This document shows, piece after piece, positions 34,855 through 43,105 of a DNA stretch of 64,000 bases. Source of the DNA: Clostridia bacterium (GTDB lineage Bacteria > Bacillota > SHA-98 > UBA4971). Below the pieces are notes generated by a model that was given only the letters and a program-made list of their open reading frames with translations, had not been told where the DNA came from and made no database searches. The translations under genes and the position numbers were made by a program. How positions within the stretch are numbered: position 1 is the first letter of the stretch; the number at the start of each line of letters is the position of its first letter. Location: positions 21,510 to 85,509 of the forward strand of contig JBLNDA010000018.1 in NCBI GenBank assembly GCA_050261175.1. Direction: 5' to 3'.

Positions 34855-36285
34855 GTGCGCGGTGCCAGAACCAATAGCGAAAAGAAACGCGCGACCACCG
34901 GGCGGGGGCGGCGGAGGCCCGACAACGCGGGCTCGCGCCGTTCGCACCTTACGTTCGTGGGAGGTGCCCCCCGCCTCGCGGCCGCAAGCGGGACCGCGGC
35001 TTCCGCCGGGGAGGACGGTAGCAGGCGGCGCCGTGTGCGGTCGCTCATGGCGGGCGGCGCGGTGTTCACGCTTGCCGTGATAAGCCTCACGGTGTGGTCT
35101 CTTCACAAGGCGACAACGATCTCGGCGTTCGAGAGGCGGCTGGAATGCGCCCAGGCTGTGTGGGGTTCCGTCGAGGAAGGCCTCGAGGTCGACGGGATAG
35201 TCGTGAGAGACGAGAAAGTGTTCGTGTCCCCCATCGCCGGCAAAGTCAGGCTGGTGGTTCGGGAGGGCGAGCGAGTCAGGACGGGAGCGGTGGTTGCCGA
35301 GGTCGCCCGGGACGAGGCGAGGCAGCGGCTGGAACCGCCGCTCGTGAGCGCGAGGGATGAGCTCGCGAAGTTCGACGCGTACGCCCGCGCGAGGCTGGAA
35401 GAGCTGAAGAGGCAACTGGCGTCGCACAAGCTCGAGGTGGAAAACGAGAAGTGGGCGCTCGACCGGGCAAGGGTGTCCCGTGACGTGCAGGAGGAGAAGA
35501 GGCACAAGGAGGCGCTCGCCCGCGCAAACACCGAGGTCGCTGCGGCGACCGGGCGCCTGGAAGAGGAGGAGAAGGCGCTCCAGGCGCGAGGGCTCGCGCT
35601 CGCCGCGAAGGTGCGGGCTTGCGAGGCCGCATACAAGCAAGCGGTTCACGCGCTGCGTGCCGAGGCGCCCGGCGTCGTGAGCTTCGAGCTTGACGGCCTG
35701 GAGCACGTCCTGACACCCGTTTCCGCTCGTGACCTCGCGCCCGACCGCGTCCGGTCGCTTTCGGAATCGCCCGTACGTGTGAGCGACGGGGCTGAGGTCG
35801 CCGAGGGCGAGCCGGTTTTCCGGCTCGTGGACAATTACCGCCTGCTGATGCTCGTGCTCCTTTCGGGTGAGGACGCGGCCGCCATCACGTCGTCGCGTGT
35901 CCGCGTGAAGTTCGCTTCTCCGCAGGCGGGCGGCGGGCTGCTTCCTGTGCGCGTCGTGTCCCAGGGTGATCCCGCGCCATCAGGGGAGCGGGTGGTGTTT
36001 TTGGAGGTGTCCGGGTTTCCCCAGGAACTGTGTCGTGTGCGCCGGACACACGCCAAGCTCGTCACGAGGGTGGCTTACGGGCTCACGATCCCACGCCGCG
36101 CGGTCGTGAAGGACGGCGAGGAGTGTTTCGTATACGCCCCCGTGAACTTGGGCGTGATGAAGCGGCCCGTGGAGATCGTGGCGGGCGACCAGGACACCGT
36201 CATCGTCCGCGGCTTGAAGGAAGGTCAACGTGTCCTCACGAACCCGACGATAGTGCAAGAAGCGCGCATAACCGTTTGGCGCTGA
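34855..36285 (+). CDS. HlyD-like membrane-fusion-type protein (TM + lipoyl-like hairpin + long coiled coil + beta-barrel)
   Basis: It has a basic N-terminus, a TM segment (VFTLAVISLTVWSL), a VSPIAGKVRLVVREGERVRTGAVVAEV lipoyl-type motif, a ~150-aa Ala/Glu/Arg/Lys coiled coil, and a C-terminal beta-rich domain. The ORF opens at 34783, and GTG 34855 follows GGGAGG with 8-nt spacing. Confidence 0.6.
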   Translation: MRGARTNSEKKRATTGRGRRRPDNAGSRRSHLTFVGGAPRLAAASGTAASAGEDGSRRRRVRSLMAGGAVFTLAVISLTVWSLHKATTISAFERRLECAQAVWGSVEEGLEVDGIVVRDEKVFVSPIAGKVRLVVREGERVRTGAVVAEVARDEARQRLEPPLVSARDELAKFDAYARARLEELKRQLASHKLEVENEKWALDRARVSRDVQEEKRHKEALARANTEVAAATGRLEEEEKALQARGLALAAKVRACEAAYKQAVHALRAEAPGVVSFELDGLEHVLTPVSARDLAPDRVRSLSESPVRVSDGAEVAEGEPVFRLVDNYRLLMLVLLSGEDAAAITSSRVRVKFASPQAGGGLLPVRVVSQGDPAPSGERVVFLEVSGFPQELCRVRRTHAKLVTRVAYGLTIPRRAVVKDGEECFVYAPVNLGVMKRPVEIVAGDQDTVIVRGLKEGQRVLTNPTIVQEARITVWR

Positions 36286-36341
36286 GGTCGCGGGTCCCAG
36301 TGAGGCGTTGGAAGTTACGACTGTCCTGGAGGCGCACGTAG

Positions 36342-37061
36342 TTGGCGGACATCGCTTTGAGGATTGAAACCATCCGGCGCAGGGTAAGTGAGGCGGCCGC
36401 GAAGTCAGGTCGAGATCCTTGCGACATAGAGATCGTGGCGGTCACGAAGAACGTCCCGGTCGAGGCGATACGCGAGGCGGTCCTTGCCGGCATACCCACC
36501 ATCGGCGAGAACCGGGTGCAGGAAGCGGTACGCAAGTTCGCGGTCCTGGGCGCGCGCGTCGAGGGGACGCCGGTCGCCTGGCACCTCATCGGCCATCTCC
36601 AAACCAACAAGGTGAAGCCCGCGCTCGATATCTTCAGCCTCATCCACTCGCTGGACTCGTGGAAGCTGGCGTGCGAGATCCAGCGGATTGCCGAGAGGAC
36701 GGACAAGACCGTGGAGTGCCTCCTCGAGATCAACGTGTCCGGCAAGCAGTCCAGGTTCGGCGTGGATCCCGTGGACGCCGTGGCTCTTGCGAGGCGGGTC
36801 AGCGTCCTCGATAGGGTGCGCCTCGCCGGTGTAATGGCCATCGCTCCTGTGGTTGAAACAACGGAGGAAGCGCGGCCTTACTTCCGCATGGCCAGGGAGA
36901 TCTGCGGCAGAATACACGACGAAGGCCTGTTCAGGGCGGGCAGGGTGCACCTGTCCATGGGGATGACCCAGGATTTCGAGGTCGCGGTGGAGGAAGGCTC
37001 CACCCTGGTGAGGATCGGCACGGGCATTTTCGGGCCTCGGCAAGAGGAGGCGGTGCTGTGA
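36342..37061 (+). CDS. ylmE: PLP-binding protein YlmE/YggS (PLP homeostasis)
   Basis: IVAVTKNVP (PLP lysine), GENRVQE, HLIGHLQTNKV and SMGMTQDFEVAVEEGSTLVRIGTGIFG are present. Confidence 0.93.
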   Translation: MADIALRIETIRRRVSEAAAKSGRDPCDIEIVAVTKNVPVEAIREAVLAGIPTIGENRVQEAVRKFAVLGARVEGTPVAWHLIGHLQTNKVKPALDIFSLIHSLDSWKLACEIQRIAERTDKTVECLLEINVSGKQSRFGVDPVDAVALARRVSVLDRVRLAGVMAIAPVVETTEEARPYFRMAREICGRIHDEGLFRAGRVHLSMGMTQDFEVAVEEGSTLVRIGTGIFGPRQEEAVL

Positions 37062-37525
37062 GGAAGGGCTTCATCGATCGGATTCTCGACTTCATGGGTT
37101 TCGGGGAAGTCGTGGAGGACGAGGACGAGATGGGGAACGGAGACCTGCACGACCAGCGCTTTCCCGAGCGGGAGCCCGCAGCGCAACCCAGGTTGGGCCG
37201 CGGCCGGGGTGTGGTTCCATTGCCGCAGCCGCCCAGGGCCAAGCTCGTGGTGACGGAGCCTCATGCTTTCGACGACATCCCCGGGATCCTCGAGCACCTC
37301 AAGAAGCGGCGGCCCGTTATCATAAGCGTTGCGGAACTGGACCGCGATCTCGCGCGGCGGGTGTTGGATTTCGCAGGCGGAGCCGCGTACGCTCTCGATG
37401 GGAGCATGCAGAAGGTGGGCGATGGGATCTTTCTTTTCACGCCGAGCAACTTCGAGATAGGTGTCGACCTGCCGATGAAAGGGGAGGTGGCCGCGGCTTC
37501 GTCCTCAATCTTCGAGCGGCGATGA
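37058..37525 (+). CDS. sepF: Cell division protein SepF
   Basis: The C-terminal domain reads VVTEPHAFDDIPGILEHLKKRRPVIISV...ARRVLDFAGGAAYALDGSMQKVGDGIFLFTP. The gene overlaps the ylmE stop. Confidence 0.92.
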   Translation: MRKGFIDRILDFMGFGEVVEDEDEMGNGDLHDQRFPEREPAAQPRLGRGRGVVPLPQPPRAKLVVTEPHAFDDIPGILEHLKKRRPVIISVAELDRDLARRVLDFAGGAAYALDGSMQKVGDGIFLFTPSNFEIGVDLPMKGEVAAASSSIFERR

Positions 37526-37595
37526 TTCGTCCGGAGAGCGGCGGGCGGGACCTCCCAGGACAGCGGGTCCGGGCTTCGGGAAGGGGGATGGCCTG

Positions 37596-37931
37596 TTGGC
37601 CGATGAGCGTGTTGAACGTGAAGACGCAGGCGCCGAACCACGTTCGGGGCGCCGCGCGAGGATCGTGAAAGGCACCGTTGCCAAGCTGCGGCTGGATGCC
37701 GTGGCGAGCCTCGGATTCGGGATCTCCCGAACAGCGATGGCCGAGGAGATAAGGCGGGGGCGCGTCACTGTCAACGGCGTCCGGAGACTCGATCCGTCAT
37801 TCGGAGTGAAGCCTTCCGACGTGATGGCTCTCGAAGGCAGGGGAAGCGTGAAGCTCGCCGGCGTGGCGGGCGAGACCCGGAAGGGGCGCACGCTGGTCGA
37901 CCTTGAGCGGGAGGTGAGCGACGGTCTGTGA
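37596..37931 (+). CDS. S4-domain RNA-binding protein (YlmH C-terminal-domain-only version)
   Basis: RLDAVASLGFGISRTAMAEEIRRGRVTVNGV is a canonical S4 motif. The product is 111 aa, against ~255 aa for full-length YlmH. It uses a TTG start. Confidence 0.7.
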   Translation: MADERVEREDAGAEPRSGRRARIVKGTVAKLRLDAVASLGFGISRTAMAEEIRRGRVTVNGVRRLDPSFGVKPSDVMALEGRGSVKLAGVAGETRKGRTLVDLEREVSDGL

Positions 37932-38248
37932 GTGAGGAGCGGGCGAAAGCGCGGGCCGGTGACCCCGTCCGAACGGAGAGGCAGGCCCGCCAGGGCCAGG
38001 GAATGGAGAGAAGGATAGCGGTTGTGGGCATACTGGTCGAGGACAGGCTGCGGGCGGCCCCCAAAGTCAACGAGATCCTGAGCGCCTACGCTGACATGAT
38101 CCTCGGGCGGATGGGCGTGCCGTACCGGGAGAAGAACGTCGCTGTGATCGCCCTCATCGTTGACGGCACTACTGACGAGATCGGCGGCCTCACCGGCAAA
38201 CTCGGCAGCCTGAAGGGTGTGAAAGTGAGGTCGGCCGTGACTGCATGA
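37928..38248 (+). CDS. TM1266-family ACT-like small regulator (annotated in databases as iron-only hydrogenase system regulator family)
   Basis: RIAVVGILVEDR...VNEILSAYADMILGRMGVPYREKNVAVIALIVDGTTDEIGGLTGKLGSLKGVKV matches my memory of the TM1266/TIGR03959 family. The conserved core starts at ATG 38003, while GTG 37928 overlaps the upstream stop. Confidence 0.65.
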   Translation: MSEERAKARAGDPVRTERQARQGQGMERRIAVVGILVEDRLRAAPKVNEILSAYADMILGRMGVPYREKNVAVIALIVDGTTDEIGGLTGKLGSLKGVKVRSAVTA

Positions 38249-38257
38249 GAGGGGGCG

Positions 38258-38581
38258 GTGGACACGGCTTCCGGGAGTACGCGAGGTGAGAGGGCGAGGC
38301 TGAATGTTAGGGTGAAGCCTCGCTCTTCTGTTTCACAGGTGGCCGGGTTCGAGGGCGACACCCTTGTGGTGAGGGTGAGCGCTCCCCCGGTGGACGGCCT
38401 CGCCAATCGCGCGGTGTGCGAGCTCGTGGCGGAGCTGGTCGGGGTGCGCAAGTCCTCCGTCAAGGTCGAAAGAGGGGAGAGATCCCGGGACAAGGTCGTG
38501 GCGGTGGAGGGGCTTTCTCAGGAGCAGGTCGACACGCTCCTCGCGAAACTAGGGAGGGAACAAGCGGGGCAGACTAGGTGA
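38258..38581 (+). CDS. yggU: DUF167/YggU-family protein
   Basis: VRVKPRSSVSQVAGFEGDTLVVRVSAPPVDGLANRAVCELVAELVGVRKSSVKVERGERSRDKVV is the typical YggU pattern. Confidence 0.85.
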   Translation: MDTASGSTRGERARLNVRVKPRSSVSQVAGFEGDTLVVRVSAPPVDGLANRAVCELVAELVGVRKSSVKVERGERSRDKVVAVEGLSQEQVDTLLAKLGREQAGQTR

Positions 38582-38747
38582 GGGAGGGCGCAGAAACGCG
38601 AGGGGGCCAACTGGTGTCGCTGGAACGACGCCGGGCCCTGGCTCGGCGCCTCTGCTCGCGGCGCTGCGCCCGGGTGCGACACCGGCGACAGTGCACTGCG
38701 CGCGCTTTCCAGAACCGGCGATCACAGGCGGCGGTCTGCTCAAGGCG

Positions 38748-39074
38748 ATGGGGAAGAGGCGGGGACAAGTGAGGGCGACTCTCGACCAGGATACGGCGAA
38801 CGCTTTGATCCGTCGTATCGCCGAGCTGTCGCTTGCCATGGACAAGATGAACATCGCGGAATACGTTGAGTTCCTCAAGAGCCCAAGGCGGATCATTTAC
38901 GTCAACTTCCTCGGCGGGCTGGCCCGGGGCTTCGGTATAGGCATTGGCGCGACTGTCCTGGCCGCTGCTTTTCTCCTGATACTCTCCCGCCTCGTGCAGT
39001 TCAATCTCCCGGTCATCGGCAGATTCATCGCCGAGATCGTGAGGATAGTGTCTGAGCACCTGAAGGTGCGGTGA
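38748..39074 (+). CDS. DUF5665-family small membrane protein
   Basis: MNIAEYVEFLKSPRRIIYVNFLGGLARGFGIGIGATVL...LPVIGRFIAEIVRIV matches the family as I recall it. The ORF opens at 38691. Confidence 0.65.
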   Translation: MGKRRGQVRATLDQDTANALIRRIAELSLAMDKMNIAEYVEFLKSPRRIIYVNFLGGLARGFGIGIGATVLAAAFLLILSRLVQFNLPVIGRFIAEIVRIVSEHLKVR

Positions 39075-39219
39075 AGGAGGGTGCGCTGAGGGAGGGTGTG
39101 GTGAGGACGCACCGGCTGCCGCGCGCGGTGGGCGGACGGCGGGGCGAGACATGACGGCCCGCCGCGACGCGCGGGGGAGAGTCGGCGGAGGGCGGCTCTA
39201 GGCACTGGAGCTGAGGGAA

Positions 39220-39891
39220 TTGAAACGACGAATCCAGGAGATGTTTCTTCGTAAGCTTCTGAAGGAACGGTCGCGGCTCGAGAGCCGCATCGGCATCCTC
39301 GAAGGGCGGGGCGGGCAGGGCGGGCTCGACATGTCCATGCGGGACTCCATCGGCGAGTTCTCGCTGTATGACAACCACCCTGCCGACGTCGGGAGCGAGC
39401 TTTTCGAACGGGCGAAGGACCTCAAGTTCCGCGAGGACGCCCGGTTGCTGCTCAAGCGCATTGACGAGGCGATCGAGAGGGTGAGGAGCGGAGCGTACGG
39501 GACGTGTGAACGCTGCGGGCGGGAGATTGATGTGGAAAGGCTCGAGATGATGCCGCACACGGCGGTGTGTGCCCGCTGTCAAGAGGAAGTGGAGAAGGAA
39601 ATTCCCACGCGGCGGGTGCGCCCCATCGAGGAAGAGGCCATAGGCAGGCCCTTCGGTGTCCACATATTGAACGGCAAGACCCCGGGGATAGACGGAGAGG
39701 ACGTGTGGCAGGACGTGGCCCGCTACGGCACGTCCAGCACGCCCCAAGACGTGCCCGGAGCTGAAGAGTACGGTGAGACATTCGACGATGCCGACGAGGT
39801 GGAAGGCGCGGTCGAGCAAGTGGACCTCATCATGGCAGAAGACCCAGACGAAATCCCGCCCGACCCCGACGAGCCGCGGCGGCGTCCTTGA
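39220..39891 (+). CDS. DksA/TraR C4 zinc-finger family protein (YteA/YlyA-like)
   Basis: It has a coiled-coil N-terminus and CERCGREIDVERLEMMPHTAVCARC (CxxC-x17-CxxC). It occupies the same position as B. subtilis ylyA, immediately upstream of lspA. Confidence 0.8.
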   Translation: MKRRIQEMFLRKLLKERSRLESRIGILEGRGGQGGLDMSMRDSIGEFSLYDNHPADVGSELFERAKDLKFREDARLLLKRIDEAIERVRSGAYGTCERCGREIDVERLEMMPHTAVCARCQEEVEKEIPTRRVRPIEEEAIGRPFGVHILNGKTPGIDGEDVWQDVARYGTSSTPQDVPGAEEYGETFDDADEVEGAVEQVDLIMAEDPDEIPPDPDEPRRRP

Positions 39892-39916
39892 AAGCCCCCC
39901 AGGTATGTGGTACAAT
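39888..39916 (+). promoter_or_regulatory. Strong sigmaA promoter for lspA-lgt-rluD
   Basis: TTGAAA-N17-TACAAT has an extended -10 TG (TGGTACAAT). The -35 overlaps the upstream stop codon. Confidence 0.6.
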
Positions 39917-39993
39917 ACCTACGGCACCCACGGCGCGTGTTGCCAGTATTATTGGCGCCGGCGATGTCCGGGCGGGCGGGATATGCCAAGGAT

Positions 39994-40470
39994 ATGCCAA
40001 GAGTGAGCGCAAGGGTCCGGCCGTGGCTCATCGCCGCGGCTGTGATTGCAATCGACCAAGTGACCAAGGTCCTCGTAGAGAGGGGCATGCCCGGGGGAAG
40101 CGGGTTCGCCATCCTGGGGGGCGCGGCTCACATCGCTCATGTGCGCAACCCCGGGTCCGCTTTCGGCATATTCGACACAGCCACGGTCCCGGTGCTGGTG
40201 TCGGTTCTGGTCGTCGCGTGGTGGCTGGGCGCGAACCTGACCGGCAAGATTCGTGGGCACGGCCCGGTGTTTGAGGCGGGGTCGTCGGTGATGGTCGGGG
40301 GAGCTTTGGGAAACCTCGTCGACAGGGTCCGGGTCGGGTGTGTCGTGGACTTCATAGACTTTCACTTCTGGCCGGTGTTCAATCTTGCGGACGCCGCTAT
40401 CGCCACGGGAGCGTTGCTAGTCGTGTACGCAATGGTTCTGGGGAGAACCGGGGGGAGGAGTAGCGAGTGA
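39994..40470 (+). CDS. lspA: Lipoprotein signal peptidase (signal peptidase II)
   Basis: IDQVTKVLV, VRNPGSAFG, NLVDRV and VVDFIDF..WPVFNLADAAI motifs are present. ATG 39994 lies inside an 11-bp tandem duplication. Confidence 0.92.
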   Translation: MPRVSARVRPWLIAAAVIAIDQVTKVLVERGMPGGSGFAILGGAAHIAHVRNPGSAFGIFDTATVPVLVSVLVVAWWLGANLTGKIRGHGPVFEAGSSVMVGGALGNLVDRVRVGCVVDFIDFHFWPVFNLADAAIATGALLVVYAMVLGRTGGRSSE

Positions 40471-41240
40471 GGCCAATACTGTTCCAAATCTGGAGGATAC
40501 CGGTCTTTTCGTACGGTTTTCTTCTGGCGGTCGCGTTCGTGGTCGGCACGATCCTGGGAGTGAAGGAGGCAAAACGAAGGGGCATAAACCCCGACAAGAT
40601 AATCGACCTCGCGCTCTACACGTGCATAGCCGGGATCGTTGGCGCGCGCCTGCTCTTCATATTGCTCGACATACCGACCTACTTCCAGGATCCGATCAAG
40701 ATCGTGAACTTGAGGGACGGGGGTCTCTCATTCCAGGGCGGGCTTGCCCTGGCGATACTCGTAGGCATCTGGTTCTCTCGCCGCGAAAAGCTGGACGCCT
40801 GGGTCCTGGCGGACATAGCCGCACCCATCATCCCTCTCGGCTACGCGCTGGTTCGCGTTGGGTGCCTCCTAAACGGGTGCTGCTACGGCCTTCCTGCCAG
40901 CGTGCCCTGGGCCCTCGCCGCCAAGGCGGGTGACAAGACGCTGCGCCATCCGACGCAGGTTTACGCGGCTCTCCTGAGTCTAGTGATCTTCGCCGTGCTC
41001 TTCAGGCAGAGGAACCACAAGAAGTTTCCGGGCTATCTCATGTTCCTCTATGTCGGGCTGTATTCAGTCGCCCGCTTCATCGTGGAGATATTCCGGGACG
41101 TGCCGAGGATGGTGGGACCCCTCTCCATCACGCAGCTGGCAAGCATCGTTGTGGCGTTCGGAGCGTTTGCGTGCATCGCCGTGTTGTCGTCTGAGAACGT
41201 GCGGCGGGAGCAGTCGGGCCAGGCGGTGGGGCGCCAGTAG
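40467..41240 (+). CDS. lgt: Prolipoprotein diacylglyceryl transferase
   Basis: IPVFSYGFLLAVAF, GARLLFIL, GGLSFQGGLA, GCLLNGCCYG and RHPTQVYAAL motifs are present. Confidence 0.92.
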   Translation: MRPILFQIWRIPVFSYGFLLAVAFVVGTILGVKEAKRRGINPDKIIDLALYTCIAGIVGARLLFILLDIPTYFQDPIKIVNLRDGGLSFQGGLALAILVGIWFSRREKLDAWVLADIAAPIIPLGYALVRVGCLLNGCCYGLPASVPWALAAKAGDKTLRHPTQVYAALLSLVIFAVLFRQRNHKKFPGYLMFLYVGLYSVARFIVEIFRDVPRMVGPLSITQLASIVVAFGAFACIAVLSSENVRREQSGQAVGRQ

Positions 41241-41241
41241 C

Positions 41242-42207
41242 ATGGACGGGCCGCCGGTGAAAATCCAAGTGGATGAAGCTGACGAGGGCAAGCGCCTCGA
41301 TGTGTACATCGCGGGGCGGCTTGCCCTCTCCCGTTCCGCCGCGCAGAGGCTCATCGATGAAGGCCACGCGCTCGTGGCCGGCGAGCGGGCGAAGGCTGCC
41401 AGGCGCGTGCGGGCGGGCGACGTGGTGACGGTGAGCGTGCCCGACCCGAAGCCGCTCGATGTTGTGGCCGAGGACCTTCCCCTCGACATCCTCTACGAAG
41501 ACAGCGACATCATCGTGGTCAACAAACCCCGGGGGCTCGTGGTCCATCCCGCAGCCGGAAACTGGTCGGGCACGCTCGTGAACGCCCTGCTCGCCCATTG
41601 CAGCGACCTCTCCGGCATAGGGGGGAAGATCCGTCCTGGGATAGTCCACCGCCTCGACAAGGACACCTCGGGCGTGATCGTGGCCGCCAAGAATGACCCA
41701 GCCCACCTGGCCCTGGCGCGAGACCTCAGAGAGCACGCGGTGGAGAAGACGTATCTCGCCATTGTCCACGGAGTGCCGCGCGACGAGCGGGGTACAGTCA
41801 ATGCTCCCATCGGGCGGCATCCCATCCATAGGAAGAAGATGGCCGTGGTCCCCGAAGGACGGGGAAGGGCGGCGGTGACCGAGTACGAGGTGCTCGAGGC
41901 TCTGGGTATGAACGCTCTCGTGAAGGTACACCCGGTTACTGGGAGGACCCACCAGATCAGGGTGCACCTCGCCCACATCGGCCACCCCATCGTAGGTGAC
42001 CCGGTGTACGGCGGGCGCGCCCGGGGAAGGGCGGCTGCAGCGGCCGCTGCTGCGGCCGCGGGCCTCTCCGGTCAGGCGCTGCATGCGGCGTCGATCAGCC
42101 TCGACCATCCGCGTACCCGCGAAAGGATGACGTTTTCCGCGCCTCTGCCCCAGGACATGCAGCGCTTGCTTGCCCGCTTGCGCTCGGACTCGCAAGTTCG
42201 CTCTTGA
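41242..42207 (+). CDS. rluD: 23S rRNA pseudouridine synthase, RluD/RluA family
   Basis: It has an N-terminal S4 domain (RLDVYIAGRLALSRSAAQRLIDEG), the catalytic HRLDKDTSGVIV, and HQIRVHLAHIGHPIVGD. The upstream part of track ORF 41050..42207 overlaps lgt. Confidence 0.9.
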   Translation: MDGPPVKIQVDEADEGKRLDVYIAGRLALSRSAAQRLIDEGHALVAGERAKAARRVRAGDVVTVSVPDPKPLDVVAEDLPLDILYEDSDIIVVNKPRGLVVHPAAGNWSGTLVNALLAHCSDLSGIGGKIRPGIVHRLDKDTSGVIVAAKNDPAHLALARDLREHAVEKTYLAIVHGVPRDERGTVNAPIGRHPIHRKKMAVVPEGRGRAAVTEYEVLEALGMNALVKVHPVTGRTHQIRVHLAHIGHPIVGDPVYGGRARGRAAAAAAAAAAGLSGQALHAASISLDHPRTRERMTFSAPLPQDMQRLLARLRSDSQVRS

Positions 42208-42333
42208 CATCCTGGGATGGCGTATGATATGGTCGAGGCGGGGAAAAGGGAATACCGTCTAGCGTCGGCATCGGCGGCCTAGGGGTTCCGACACGGCGAG
42301 GCGGCTGGGATGCCGGTGCGCGAGGGAAAGTGC

Positions 42334-42478
42334 GTCTAGGGTTCCACCCGCCCAGCGCGCGTGGCGCGGCGGGGTTCGGTCCGAGCGATGCAGGCGCTGC
42401 GCATAGCGGTGCTACACCTTGAGGGATAAAAGCCCCGGCGGATAGGTTTCACTCGAAGCCTATCCGCCGGGGCTTCAG
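42334..42478 (+). promoter_or_regulatory. ykkC-family riboswitch aptamer + 17-bp terminator hairpin; subtype probably PRPP (ykkC 2b), inferred from the pur context
   Basis: The conserved blocks appear in the correct order: CTAGGGTTCC (42336), the P1a/b hairpin ACCCGCC...GGCGGGGT, GGTCCGAG (42378), a P2 hairpin, and ACAC...GAGGGATAAAAGCCCC (42423-42436). A perfect hairpin AAGCCCCGGCGGATAGG/CCTATCCGCCGGGGCTT (42430-42475) shares the AGCCCC strand with aptamer P3, which is the geometry of an ON switch. It lies 30 nt upstream of purE. Confidence 0.7.
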
Positions 42479-42506
42479 CATTTCCTGAGGCAGGGAGGCG
42501 CTGAGG

Positions 42507-43100
42507 ATGAATCGGGAAGAAGGACGGCGGACCCAGGCGGAGGCAGCTGACCGCGGCGTTCGAGTCATCGTGATGATGGGGAGCGACTCCGACCTTCCCA
42601 TCATGCGCGAGTGCATCGATACTCTGGAGGAGTTCGGGGTCAGGCACGAGGTCGTGGTCACATCAGCTCACAGGTCGCTGGACAGGACCGTCTCCATCGC
42701 GCGGGAGGCCAGGGACAAGGGGGTTCGGGTCATCATCGCCGCCGCGGGCGGAGCGGCACACCTTGCCGGAGTCGTGGCGGCGGCCACGGTGCTCCCTGTG
42801 ATAGGGGTGCCGTGCGCGGGCTCGGCGCTCTCCGGTGCGGACGCGCTGTACTCCACGGTACAGATGCCGCCCGGCGTGCCCGTGGCGTGTGTGGGTGTGA
42901 ACGCGGCGCGGAACGCTGCTTTACTGGCCGTGGCGATCCTCGCTACGTCGGACCCAGACCTCTTGGCGAGGATCGACCGGTACCGGGAACGTTTGGTGCG
43001 AGACGTAGAGGCGAAACACGAGCGGGTCGCGCAAGCGCTCGCGCAGGCGGGACGCGGCAAGGCGACGGGGATGCGAGAGGGACGGCAAGGGGAGGCGTGA
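42507..43100 (+). CDS. purE: N5-carboxyaminoimidazole ribonucleotide mutase (class I-type PurE)
   Basis: [14 protein letters not shown] and [24 protein letters not shown] form a class I-like AAHL motif. The SD GGGAGG is 8 nt upstream. Confidence 0.92.
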   Translation: MNREEGRRTQAEAADRGVRVIVMMGSDSDLPIMRECIDTLEEFGVRHEVVVTSAHRSLDRTVSIAREARDKGVRVIIAAAGGAAHLAGVVAAATVLPVIGVPCAGSALSGADALYSTVQMPPGVPVACVGVNAARNAALLAVAILATSDPDLLARIDRYRERLVRDVEAKHERVAQALAQAGRGKATGMREGRQGEA

Positions 43101-43105
43101 CGGGC

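Noticed and set aside
42204-42232. TTGACA ... TATGATAT as the pur operon promoter
   Set aside because: The -35 TTGACA is perfect, but it overlaps the rluD stop, and spacing to TATGAT is only 13 bp (15-17 bp to poorer hexamers). I do not list it as a feature, and the real promoter remains unidentified.
42215-42335. A guanine (purine) or ZTP riboswitch in the purE leader
   Set aside because: GATATGG at 42226 recalls the purine-aptamer L2 loop, but the GTTTCTACC and CCGTAAA/GACTAT junction motifs are absent. CCGCCCAGCG at ~42348 does not match the ZTP CCGCCTGGGC pseudoknot motif, and it is explained instead as ykkC P1a.
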